A stretch of DNA of 44,166 bases. Origin: Bacteroidia bacterium. GTDB lineage: Bacteria; Bacteroidota; Bacteroidia; Bacteroidales; VadinHA17. This document shows, one piece after another, positions 1-8,667 of this stretch. The position numbers and the translations under genes are program-made. The DNA lies in contig JAPLEC010000435.1 of NCBI GenBank assembly GCA_026391515.1, positions 1-44,166 on the forward strand. The letters are read 5' to 3'. The notes under the pieces are model-generated. The model did no database searches and had not been told where the DNA came from. It saw only the letters and a program-made list of their open reading frames with translations. Every line of letters starts with the position of its first letter. The first letter of the stretch is position 1.

Positions 1-609
1 TGGTCGTTTTTCTGGGGTAAATTCCTGACTGACGGTGTATGGTGGTTCTACCTTTTCTGGCTGCCGGATTACCTTATAAAGCAATTCGGTATGACAACCT
101 CCGAAGTAAGATGGCCTACGTTTATTGTCTATGGTGTGGCAATTGCCGGGAGCGTATTCGGTGGTAGTATTCCACTCTTCCTTATTAATAAAGGCCTGCC
201 AGTTTATAAAGCAAGAATGAGGGCTATGCTTATGATTGCAGTCCTTCCTTTAGCAGTACTTACCACCCAGTATTTTGGAAGTACCGAAAGGTTTGGAACC
301 TCTGCCATGTGGCTGGCTGTTGCGGTAATATGTATCGGAGCTGCTGCTCACCAGGCATGGTCGGCAAACCTTTTTACCACTGTTTCTGACATGTTCCCTA
401 AAAAAGCTGTCGGCTCAATTGTCGGAATCGGAACAATGGCCGGTGGCATAGGGGGTGTTATCATTCAGCAGCTTTCCGGCAGGCTTAATGATCATTTCCC
501 AAAGGTAGCTTACCTGATCATGTTCATTGTATGCGGCCTCTGTTATGTAACTGCGTGGGCTATTATCAAGACTTTAGTACCAAAACATAAGCCTATAACC
601 GACTTGTAA
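1..609 (+). CDS. exuT: MFS hexuronate transporter, 5'-truncated by window edge
   Basis: Frame is open from base 1 (WSFFWGKFLTDGVWWFYLFWLPDY); motif AAHQAWSANLFTTVSDMFPKKAVGS is typical of ExuT; next to uxaE. Confidence 0.9.
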   Translation, partial: WSFFWGKFLTDGVWWFYLFWLPDYLIKQFGMTTSEVRWPTFIVYGVAIAGSVFGGSIPLFLINKGLPVYKARMRAMLMIAVLPLAVLTTQYFGSTERFGTSAMWLAVAVICIGAAAHQAWSANLFTTVSDMFPKKAVGSIVGIGTMAGGIGGVIIQQLSGRLNDHFPKVAYLIMFIVCGLCYVTAWAIIKTLVPKHKPITDL

Positions 610-651
610 AAGTCTGTTCAGTTAATTAACCGGTATTGCTTATAATAGATT

Positions 652-1707
652 ATGCCGAAAAAGAAAGCCAGACTAAAAGATATAGCCAGCCTTTCGGGAG
701 TATCAATAGGTACAGTCGACAGAGTGTTACACGAAAGAGGTGAAGTTGCTGAAAAGACCCGTAAAAGAGTACTTAAAATAGCAAATGACCTGCGCTATAC
801 TCCAAATTTTATGGCGCAGGTGCTGAAAACCAAACGGCCTTTCAATATTGTATCGCTGCTTCCGGAATCGACAGAGGAAAATACTTTCTGGAGCAAGCAT
901 CCGCTGGGTATGAAAAGAGCTATGACCGAACTTGATCCTTTTCCCATAACACTGACACAGATCAATTTCGACATGCTCGATGAGAACGATTTTCTTGAAA
1001 AAACCAAAACAGTATTGAAACTGCATCCGGATGGAGTCGTACTTGCTCCAATATTTAAATCTGAGTCAATATCGTTTTGTTCAGGGTTGAAAAGGAATCA
1101 TATCCCGTTTGTCTTCGTCGATGGATATCTTACTGAGACTGAATTCCTTGCGTATATAGGTGAAGATGTATTTCAAAGCGGCAGGGTGGCAGGACAGTTA
1201 ATTAACATGGTAACTCCTGAACATAAGGATGTACTGATAGTCAACATCGCAAAGAACCTTCAGAATATTCATCATCTCGATAACAGGACAAAGGGATTCT
1301 TGAGCTATTTCCCTGAATCAGACCAGAATAATGGACGATTAATTAAATTGAACATACCTGATACAAAGTCTGAGACAATCAAAATCTCAATTGACAAAGC
1401 TTTCAGGAAAAACCCGGGAATAGCTTCAATACTTATAACAGGGTCAAAATCATATAAAATTGCATCCTATATTGAAGCTGCCGGGTTAAAATCCATCAAT
1501 GTAATCGGATATGATCTCCTTGATTCAAATATCGCGTTCCTTAAATCAGGGATAATAAAGTTTCTGATAGGCCAGCGACCTGAAGAACAAACTTACAAGG
1601 CCATTAAAAAAATGTTCGAGTATTTATCATTTAACAAAACACCCGAAAGGATGGAGTACCTGCCTGTGGATGTTGTCACATCTGAGAACGTTGATTTTTT
1701 TATTTAG
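652..1707 (+). CDS. LacI-family transcriptional regulator (probable hexuronate regulator)
   Basis: N-terminal HTH RLKDIASLSGVSIGTVDRVLH followed by a periplasmic-binding-protein-like effector domain. Confidence 0.92.
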   Translation: MPKKKARLKDIASLSGVSIGTVDRVLHERGEVAEKTRKRVLKIANDLRYTPNFMAQVLKTKRPFNIVSLLPESTEENTFWSKHPLGMKRAMTELDPFPITLTQINFDMLDENDFLEKTKTVLKLHPDGVVLAPIFKSESISFCSGLKRNHIPFVFVDGYLTETEFLAYIGEDVFQSGRVAGQLINMVTPEHKDVLIVNIAKNLQNIHHLDNRTKGFLSYFPESDQNNGRLIKLNIPDTKSETIKISIDKAFRKNPGIASILITGSKSYKIASYIEAAGLKSINVIGYDLLDSNIAFLKSGIIKFLIGQRPEEQTYKAIKKMFEYLSFNKTPERMEYLPVDVVTSENVDFFI

Positions 1708-1745
1708 ACTTTTACAGAAAGAAAAATTAAATAAATAAGTATAAT

Positions 1746-2999
1746 ATGAAAACAATTGGTAAAATTTCGATGGGACTTGGCGACAGATTCGGTCACCAGG
1801 GAAGCGCTCAGCTAAAAGCTATTATTGAAGCCGGTAAAAAAGGAATCGAGATCACACCCGTTTGGAATAAGTCGAACAGGGAGCATATGATAATCGGTAC
1901 ACAACCCGGTGATGTAAGAAAAGAAGCAGATTCTGTGACTGCAAAAGCAGTATTTAAGAAACCTTATTATGTTGATGCTGACCATATTAATTTAGATACA
2001 GTTGACAGATTCATAGAGAGCTCAGACTTTTTCACTATTGATGTAGCATCATATATAGGGAAAAAGGCCGGTGATTCTGAAATCAATGAATTTATAAAAG
2101 GAGCCGGCAAATACAGCGGAGAATTGAAGATACCTGGAATAAGAAAGCCTCTCAAAGTAACTAACCACCTTATCACAGAGATTGCAGAGAAATACCTGTT
2201 TGCAGCAATTAAAGCCTGGGAAATCTTCAGAAAAATAGAGAAGGCTAAAGGAAAAGGTAATTTCGTAACAGAAGTATCTATGGATGAAGTACCTAATCCT
2301 CAGACACCTGTCGAGCTTTTCTTCATCCTTAAAATGCTTGGTGAAGAAAATATACCGGTTCAAACTATTGCTCCGAAGTTTTCAGGAAGGTTCAACAAAG
2401 GGGTCGATTATGTTGGGGATCCTGATAAATTCGCCGAAGAATTTGAAGCCGATCTGATGGTAATTGATTTTGCTGTCAAAGAATTCGGTCTCCCCGCTAA
2501 TCTGAAGATGAGTGTCCATTCAGGTTCCGATAAGTTTACGATATATCCGTACATTGGATCAATAATAAAGAAACATAACAAGGGACTTCATCTGAAAACA
2601 GCCGGGACTACCTGGCTTGAGGAAGTCATCGGCCTTGCTGCTTCAGGTGGTAAAGCGCTCGATTTTGTAAAGGATATCTATTATAAATCCCTTGAAAAAA
2701 TAGAAGAGCTTTGTGCACCCTATGCTGATGTTATTGATATAAACATTTCAAAGTTGCCTTCCAAAGATGAAGTAGCAAAATGGAACAGCAAAAAGTTTGC
2801 AGATTCTCTGAGACATGTCCCGCGTAACAAAGATTTTAATCCTAACATGAGGCAGCTCATACATGTCGCTTACAAGCTGGCTGCTTTGAAAATGGATGAA
2901 TATTACCATCTTCTTGAAACTAATGAAAAGACAGTTTCATCTGCAGTTTATGAGAATATTTATAACAGGCATATCTGCAGGCTGTTTGACCTGAAGTGA
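1746..2999 (+). CDS. uxaE: Tagaturonate/fructuronate epimerase
   Basis: Motifs DADHI, EVSMDE, HSGSDKF, HLKTAGTTWLEE; hexuronate context. Confidence 0.88.
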   Translation: MKTIGKISMGLGDRFGHQGSAQLKAIIEAGKKGIEITPVWNKSNREHMIIGTQPGDVRKEADSVTAKAVFKKPYYVDADHINLDTVDRFIESSDFFTIDVASYIGKKAGDSEINEFIKGAGKYSGELKIPGIRKPLKVTNHLITEIAEKYLFAAIKAWEIFRKIEKAKGKGNFVTEVSMDEVPNPQTPVELFFILKMLGEENIPVQTIAPKFSGRFNKGVDYVGDPDKFAEEFEADLMVIDFAVKEFGLPANLKMSVHSGSDKFTIYPYIGSIIKKHNKGLHLKTAGTTWLEEVIGLAASGGKALDFVKDIYYKSLEKIEELCAPYADVIDINISKLPSKDEVAKWNSKKFADSLRHVPRNKDFNPNMRQLIHVAYKLAALKMDEYYHLLETNEKTVSSAVYENIYNRHICRLFDLK

Positions 3000-3039
3000 A
3001 TTCTGCTTTAAATTGATAGTGGAGTAACAAGATAAGGTA

Positions 3040-5031
3040 CTATTTCACAAGCCAGGGAGCTTCATAGCCTTCAGGTCTCTTCCTGACAACAGGTGTTTTT
3101 GGAATAAACTTAATATCAATTTGTTCTGCTTTCCCGTTTTCTATCTTAAAAAGCAGGGACTGATAAGGTTCAAATTTCAGAGTCAATGAAATCTCCTTTC
3201 CTTGCCAGTTGATAGCAATTCTGGTACTGCTGGTCTGATCATTCAATGACTGTCCGTATTCCAGAGGAAATTTGATTCTGTCTGATTTTGGGTCAGGAAA
3301 GAAGATATAAAGGGTTTCCTTATCTTCTCTGCACCAATGATGTGGTATCTCATTTCCCGTCAAAAACGGTTTCAGATTTAGCGGAATATCCGACGATATA
3401 TTTTCTGAATTACTTAATGTTTCGACCATTTTTAAATAGTCAGGATGTAATATTGCTCCGGGCTCTTCCGGTTTCTTTTTCATAATGATTTTTAAACCAT
3501 CCCCTGCCAGCTCCAGAAGCCGTTTGAGTACTTTGTAATCGAGATAATCAGAGTTTAGATATAGAGCTTTAAATTCAGCATTACCTACTTTTAATGATCC
3601 ATTCTTTACAGATGCTTTATTAAGAAATTCACCATTGATCCATGCAGGACTAAAACCATTCAATTCCTTCGGGAAATAAATATAGCGTATCTCGTAATAT
3701 CCCCAGGCCCAGATAAACTGCTTTTCCTTAGGCATTACTCCGGCACTCCATGCATCTTCAGTTGGAAGATAAACGGCAATATCGGAATAAGTATTTCCTC
3801 TGCTCATATAGTCAGAGACGAGTTCAAGGTATTTATTAAAAGATAATAATTCAGGCTCCAGATTGCCTTTATCGCCAATATGAGTAGTCGCATAAAAGTT
3901 GACTGTATCCTGATTTTTCGGATTATGAGCCTTACCGTGCCAGATAATATGATTGATACCATTTGAAAAAAGGGCATCGGCTACCAATTTCAGGTCGGCT
4001 GTCTGTTCCTCACGGATATAATCACGAGGCCATCCGTACAGACATGTAAAGGTCTCTGATGAAACATATTTTTTGCCCGATAGTAATGCAGCTGAAGCAG
4101 GTATAGCGCAAAATTCAGGTTCGAATAACATGGATTCACCCTCAGGAATATCCATCACAGCATATCCGGAGATAAGATCACAAGGAGCACCAGATACCTG
4201 ACCTCTCGAAAAGATACCGACCGAGTTAAGCGATGAATCAAATTTAGAATAAAAATCAAGCACTTTACCGGAAATGAGAGACATATAGTCGTAAAGGTAA
4301 CGATGGTTTTTCGGGACATATAATGAATCCATGAAAGGAGTGATATCATACCCAAATGCTGAAATAAAATCCCGGTCAAATCCATCGCACCATAGTTTTT
4401 CGGTTTCAACCTCCCAGCTGTCGATAAAATATGATTGAGCTAACTTGGTGGAGGGACGAGGAAATGAATCGATCAATCTGTTAAAATAGTGCAGGTAATT
4501 TTTTGGAGTAAGATGGTCAATCACATAACCTGGTTTAGGATGTTCCCATGACCGGGTTATTACCTGCCTCCATTGTGGCTCACCAAATTTTTGTGAAGCC
4601 TGATCAAAGGTCACGTAACTATCACCAAATGGCCATAAAGTTCCCAGTGTCAGATCGCAGCCAAGACCAATTGAATCAGCATAACTGATTGTGTATCTTA
4701 CAATACTCTGCCATTCAGGGCTAAGCCATTCCTGCCGGGGAGTATATGTAGTATCCTTAGGATTAAATCTGTTAAGGGGATAAACCCATGCAAGTTCAAC
4801 ACCTCCAAAATCATGAGATTTAAGCCAGTCTAAATTATATTTCACATCCTCTTTTTTTATTTCCGAGGCGAACCACCAATATCGGGTGTAGGGCTTTGAA
4901 TTCGTATAAACCGATTTATAATTGTTATGCAGTACAGTATGAACAGAATTATCACACCCAGTTGAAAAGACCAGTAAATAACCAGCTATAAGACTTAGTA
5001 ACAAATACTTATAATGTTTATTGTACCTCAT
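3040..5031 (-). CDS. GH106-like (alpha-L-rhamnosidase-related) glycoside hydrolase, lipoprotein
   Basis: KPYTRYWWF, GGVE, DLTLGTLWPFG, FIDSWE, SETFTCLYGW; start moved to ATG 5031 (MRYNKH...LVFSTGC lipobox) because the 5301 start overlaps the upstream gene. Confidence 0.7.
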   Translation of the reverse strand: MRYNKHYKYLLLSLIAGYLLVFSTGCDNSVHTVLHNNYKSVYTNSKPYTRYWWFASEIKKEDVKYNLDWLKSHDFGGVELAWVYPLNRFNPKDTTYTPRQEWLSPEWQSIVRYTISYADSIGLGCDLTLGTLWPFGDSYVTFDQASQKFGEPQWRQVITRSWEHPKPGYVIDHLTPKNYLHYFNRLIDSFPRPSTKLAQSYFIDSWEVETEKLWCDGFDRDFISAFGYDITPFMDSLYVPKNHRYLYDYMSLISGKVLDFYSKFDSSLNSVGIFSRGQVSGAPCDLISGYAVMDIPEGESMLFEPEFCAIPASAALLSGKKYVSSETFTCLYGWPRDYIREEQTADLKLVADALFSNGINHIIWHGKAHNPKNQDTVNFYATTHIGDKGNLEPELLSFNKYLELVSDYMSRGNTYSDIAVYLPTEDAWSAGVMPKEKQFIWAWGYYEIRYIYFPKELNGFSPAWINGEFLNKASVKNGSLKVGNAEFKALYLNSDYLDYKVLKRLLELAGDGLKIIMKKKPEEPGAILHPDYLKMVETLSNSENISSDIPLNLKPFLTGNEIPHHWCREDKETLYIFFPDPKSDRIKFPLEYGQSLNDQTSSTRIAINWQGKEISLTLKFEPYQSLLFKIENGKAEQIDIKFIPKTPVVRKRPEGYEAPWLVK

Positions 5032-5044
5032 TCTTACGATTTTT

Positions 5045-7090
5045 TTAGTTTTCATTCCATCCCGGCAATGATACAGTAGCCTGATAGTTGGAATAATTAT
5101 ATAGAGGATTACGGATTGGCTTATACAGTTTTCCGGATTTTGGATTATCGCTCTGCGTATAAACCCATAGCTCATTTGGGCTCCAGACAACAATTTCATC
5201 ACGGCAGTCGCCGGTGATATCAAGGACGGCATTGCACATGTCTGGATGCCCGTCATCAGGAAAAACAAGCACTCTCCTGCCCCATCCGTCAAAAACTCCA
5301 CCTTCTTTTATGTTCGGGTTGTGAACAAAATACTCTTCACCATCTCCTTTCCAGTTCAATGGCAGACACATGCTTCCATACTGATTGGGTTCAAAATCGT
5401 GATAGATATTCCCGTCAGCATCGTAAAGATGAATAATTCCCTGGCTTCCCCAGAAATCGATCGTAACAGTTTCAAGTCCCGGCATATCTGACCGGAAATT
5501 TGCAATTGCAGGATTCTGTACATGACCATTAAGGATATGCTTCAGAATTTTACCTTCCCCGCTGATCCGAAGGTAACCTGCATTGCTTGCCGAATACATA
5601 ATAACAGGCTTTGCGTCCGGATTGTCAGTATATTTTACAATTGCCACCCCATCGCAGTGATCATCTATTTCTTTATCGAGACACCATAGAAGCTTCCCGT
5701 TATCGTCGTACAATGAATAACCGATTGCCAGCTCATCCTTGCCGTCATTATCAATATCGTAAGCAAAAGGATAATGTCCTGTTTTACAGCTTCCTTCCCA
5801 GATCACTTTTAAATCATTATTCAAAACCCAGAAATTCGTATAGCGGTCTTTAATAAGGATATCAGCATCCCAGCCTTTACCTTCAGCATCGAAGAAGAAA
5901 AGGCAATCGCCAAGTATTTGAGGGAACTTATCATCCACAATCTTTGATTTTGGAGTCAGTGCCTTATAGAGAGTTTTTCCTGTCGCTGCATCTGCCACAA
6001 TAATCTCAAAATTCATGCAGTATATGACTTCATTCCTGCCATCATTGTTGATGTCATGTATCTGAAAGCCAACATCATTAGTAAGATTATTTTTCTCCGG
6101 ATCAGGCTTCCCTTTCTGCCAGAGAATATCACCGTCAAATGTCATAGCAGTAAGACAGCTTAATTCACTATGGCTGTCCCTCGGCCCGTGATGAACGACC
6201 TGGCCTATAAGAAGATCAATCTTCCCATCACCGTTCAAATCGCCAAATCTTATATTTCGGCCAACACCAAAGCCTTCGGTAATTATTTTCTTCCAGACCA
6301 CCATTTTAGGATTAGCATCCTGGAGCTTCAGCGACTCCAGCTCATAAGCAGCTTTTTTATTATTTAATGCTGTTATTTCTTCTGCTGAAGTAAGTACCTC
6401 AACACTTTTATATTCCGCTCTTGCATTTGATACCAGACCTATTTTACCACTTTTGTATGTACCATCAGTAACATTCAGTTTTACATTATCGTTAAGCCTG
6501 GCTTTGATCAAATCTCCTTTAACCGTCACAACAGCTTTTACTTCCTGCCCCTTGATCAGATTGAAAGGCTGCTCAGTCAGCCTGGTTTCTTTAAGTACAT
6601 TATAAGTATCTGAATGTCTGAATATTGAAATATATGCTGTCGAATCCTTAATACCAAAAAAATAGAAGCACCGGTCATTCTTATACCTGAAGGCCACTCC
6701 GGAATATTGTGAATCATTCTCCGGCATAAACCTGACTGTGAGCTTGTAATCTTGCCACAATGAGTCACCTGAAATTATCATGGGATGTGTCCATTTCTGC
6801 GATTTATTCTGGATTGTCTGACACATCACATGAGTACTTTCCTTCTCCTTCACCTGCCAGGCTTTTCCCCATGCATCTCCCGAAGCAAAGCTGGAAACGA
6901 CCCAGTTGCCCTTAGGTGCAGCTTCTGAAAGATAATGATACTCAGTGTGAGCGCCTACCGGTGCAGAGAAGAGGCCGGTATCGAGTTGAGAGAAATCATC
7001 TTTCAATAATACCTGGTTAAATTTATTTTGTTTGCAGCTAAAAAAGGCGATTACGGTTACAAAAAATAAAAGACAAAATTTATTGGACAT
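5045..7090 (-). CDS. Lipoprotein: lectin-like/DUF1080-like N-domain plus rhamnogalacturonan lyase PL11-like FG-GAP beta-propeller
   Basis: Lipobox FFSC; repeated Ca-binding motifs GDLNGDGKID, DINNDGRNE, DIDNDGKDE, DITGDCRDE; pectin locus. Confidence 0.6.
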   Translation of the reverse strand: MSNKFCLLFFVTVIAFFSCKQNKFNQVLLKDDFSQLDTGLFSAPVGAHTEYHYLSEAAPKGNWVVSSFASGDAWGKAWQVKEKESTHVMCQTIQNKSQKWTHPMIISGDSLWQDYKLTVRFMPENDSQYSGVAFRYKNDRCFYFFGIKDSTAYISIFRHSDTYNVLKETRLTEQPFNLIKGQEVKAVVTVKGDLIKARLNDNVKLNVTDGTYKSGKIGLVSNARAEYKSVEVLTSAEEITALNNKKAAYELESLKLQDANPKMVVWKKIITEGFGVGRNIRFGDLNGDGKIDLLIGQVVHHGPRDSHSELSCLTAMTFDGDILWQKGKPDPEKNNLTNDVGFQIHDINNDGRNEVIYCMNFEIIVADAATGKTLYKALTPKSKIVDDKFPQILGDCLFFFDAEGKGWDADILIKDRYTNFWVLNNDLKVIWEGSCKTGHYPFAYDIDNDGKDELAIGYSLYDDNGKLLWCLDKEIDDHCDGVAIVKYTDNPDAKPVIMYSASNAGYLRISGEGKILKHILNGHVQNPAIANFRSDMPGLETVTIDFWGSQGIIHLYDADGNIYHDFEPNQYGSMCLPLNWKGDGEEYFVHNPNIKEGGVFDGWGRRVLVFPDDGHPDMCNAVLDITGDCRDEIVVWSPNELWVYTQSDNPKSGKLYKPIRNPLYNYSNYQATVSLPGWNEN

Positions 7091-7164
7091 GATGGTTCTT
7101 GTTTTACGTTAATGATGAATCCATGCCATTATATCGACTGCAATCTGTAATTTCGTACTAACTC

Positions 7165-7261
7165 CCTTTGTGTTCCTTTGTGCTTTTGCCTTAGTGTTCT
7201 TTGTGGTTAAATAATTTTTTAAACCACGAAGGATTCAAAGTGCGCGCTAAGAGCACAAAGG
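7165..7261. repeat. Inverted pair of degenerate tandem-repeat arms (CTTTGTG / CACAAAG)
   Basis: cctttgtgttcctttgtg...ctttgtggtt, AT spacer, aaccacgaag...gagcacaaagg. Confidence 0.75.
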
Positions 7262-7274
7262 TCTTTTTATGTAA

Positions 7275-7336
7275 GTACCGATATGTAATCGGTACCAGCG
7301 GAATTCAAAGGCACGGATTACAAATCCGCGCCAGCG
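7275..7336. repeat. Two tandem 26-nt REP-like hairpins ending CCAGCG
   Basis: gtaccgatatgtaatcggtaccagcg (7275-7300) and gcacggattacaaatccgcgccagcg (7311-7336). Confidence 0.7.
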
Positions 7337-7354
7337 AACGTCGGGGGGTCCATG

Positions 7355-8548
7355 TTACCTGTTAAGTTCAATTGCAGCAAGGATGAAGGGCGCTACTCCT
7401 TTTGTATCGTTGTCGAACCGTTTTTCGTTGATGTAATATTCGTATGTTCCATCCCTGTAAGGATTACCGCCCAGGCCACATCCTCCGCAGATATTATGAA
7501 TCGTCACCATGCCTTTATTATCAACTGTGACAAGCTCTTTCAGATATCCGTCAAAAGCACTGCGAGCTATCTTTCTGTATTTCTTGTCGAGATACCCAAG
7601 CCTTGCCCCCTTTGCAAATACATATATATACATTGCTGATCCGGATCCTTCAAGGTAATTGCCTTCCCTGCCACCATAGTTAAGAACCTGGTACCATATT
7701 CCTGATTTTGGATCACGAACTTTCAGAAGGGCGTCGCAGGTTTTTTGAAGAATAGCTATCAGGTCATCCCTGTCAGGATGATTCGCCGGCAGATAATCGA
7801 GGATATCAGTTATCGCCAGGATATACCAGCCCATTGCACGGCTCCATGGATAATGAGACTGTCCAGTGGCCGGATCGCACCACTTCTGCTGATGGCTCTC
7901 ATCCCATGCGTGCATCAGCAAGCCAGTTTTCGGATCAAGAGTTTTCTCATATATCATTTTTGTCTGGGCAGTTGCAACATCGAACCATTCAGGTGCATTG
8001 AATTCTTTTGCATATTGAGCCATATATGTCGATGCCATGAAGATGCCGTCAAGCCACATTTGCCACGGATAGATATTTTTATGCCAGTAACCACCCGAGT
8101 TCGTTTTAGGATGTGTCTTAAGCTGCTCAATAAAATTATTAAGTGCAATTTTATACTTCTGATCCGGATTCCTTTTATAAACAGTAATGATATTTCTTCC
8201 TGGGAAAATTCTGTCGAGGTTATATTCTTTCAGCCTGTAATCTGTGACAGAACCATCAGGGTGGACAAAATAATTCACCCAGTTTTCCATATATTTTGAG
8301 TACTTCGGATCAATATTGCCAAGTCTGTCGATTGCCATGCCAAGAAAAGCAACATCATAAGCCCACTTAGGATTTCCTGCGACATAATGTATCAGACTGT
8401 CTGACTGTGTCATAACAGTGTTGGCCATACGAACAGACCACTTTTCTGAAACATTATTTTTGTTTCTCTGGCTAAAGCATGAAAATGATGTAAAAAGAAT
8501 GACCAATGAGGTAATAAATGCTGTAAAATGGAATTTCCGGCTTCTCAT
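7355..8548 (-). CDS. GH105 unsaturated rhamnogalacturonyl hydrolase (YteR/YesR-like)
   Basis: GGYWHK, MWLDGIFMA, HAWDE, WSRAMGW, YLEGSGSAM; signal peptide. Confidence 0.9.
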   Translation of the reverse strand: MRSRKFHFTAFITSLVILFTSFSCFSQRNKNNVSEKWSVRMANTVMTQSDSLIHYVAGNPKWAYDVAFLGMAIDRLGNIDPKYSKYMENWVNYFVHPDGSVTDYRLKEYNLDRIFPGRNIITVYKRNPDQKYKIALNNFIEQLKTHPKTNSGGYWHKNIYPWQMWLDGIFMASTYMAQYAKEFNAPEWFDVATAQTKMIYEKTLDPKTGLLMHAWDESHQQKWCDPATGQSHYPWSRAMGWYILAITDILDYLPANHPDRDDLIAILQKTCDALLKVRDPKSGIWYQVLNYGGREGNYLEGSGSAMYIYVFAKGARLGYLDKKYRKIARSAFDGYLKELVTVDNKGMVTIHNICGGCGLGGNPYRDGTYEYYINEKRFDNDTKGVAPFILAAIELNR

Positions 8549-8565
8549 AGTATTTATGTTTGAAT

Positions 8566-8665
8566 CCTCTGTGTACCTCTGTGATCCTCTGTGTAACTCT
8601 GTGTAAGTTCTTTATTTTCTTTTGTTACACAGAGAACCACAAAGAAGACACAGAGAGCCACAGAG
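8566..8665. repeat. Inverted pair of ~10-mer tandem-repeat arms (CCTCTGTGTA / CACAGAG)
   Basis: Four CTCTGTG units at 8566-8606 and four CACARAG units at 8625-8665. Confidence 0.85.
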
Positions 8666-8667
8666 TT

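Noticed and set aside
5032-5301. Long N-terminal extension of the GH106-like ORF
   Set aside because: Overlaps the upstream gene by more than 250 bp and precedes a clear lipoprotein signal starting at 5031
7745-8299. 184-aa plus-strand ORF
   Set aside because: Antisense shadow of GH105 with no recognisable motifs; the same applies to most short ORFs nested in long genes
8566-8665. Possible CRISPR array in this and the other tandem repeats
   Set aside because: Units are 7-10 nt and adjacent, with no unique spacers and no cas genes
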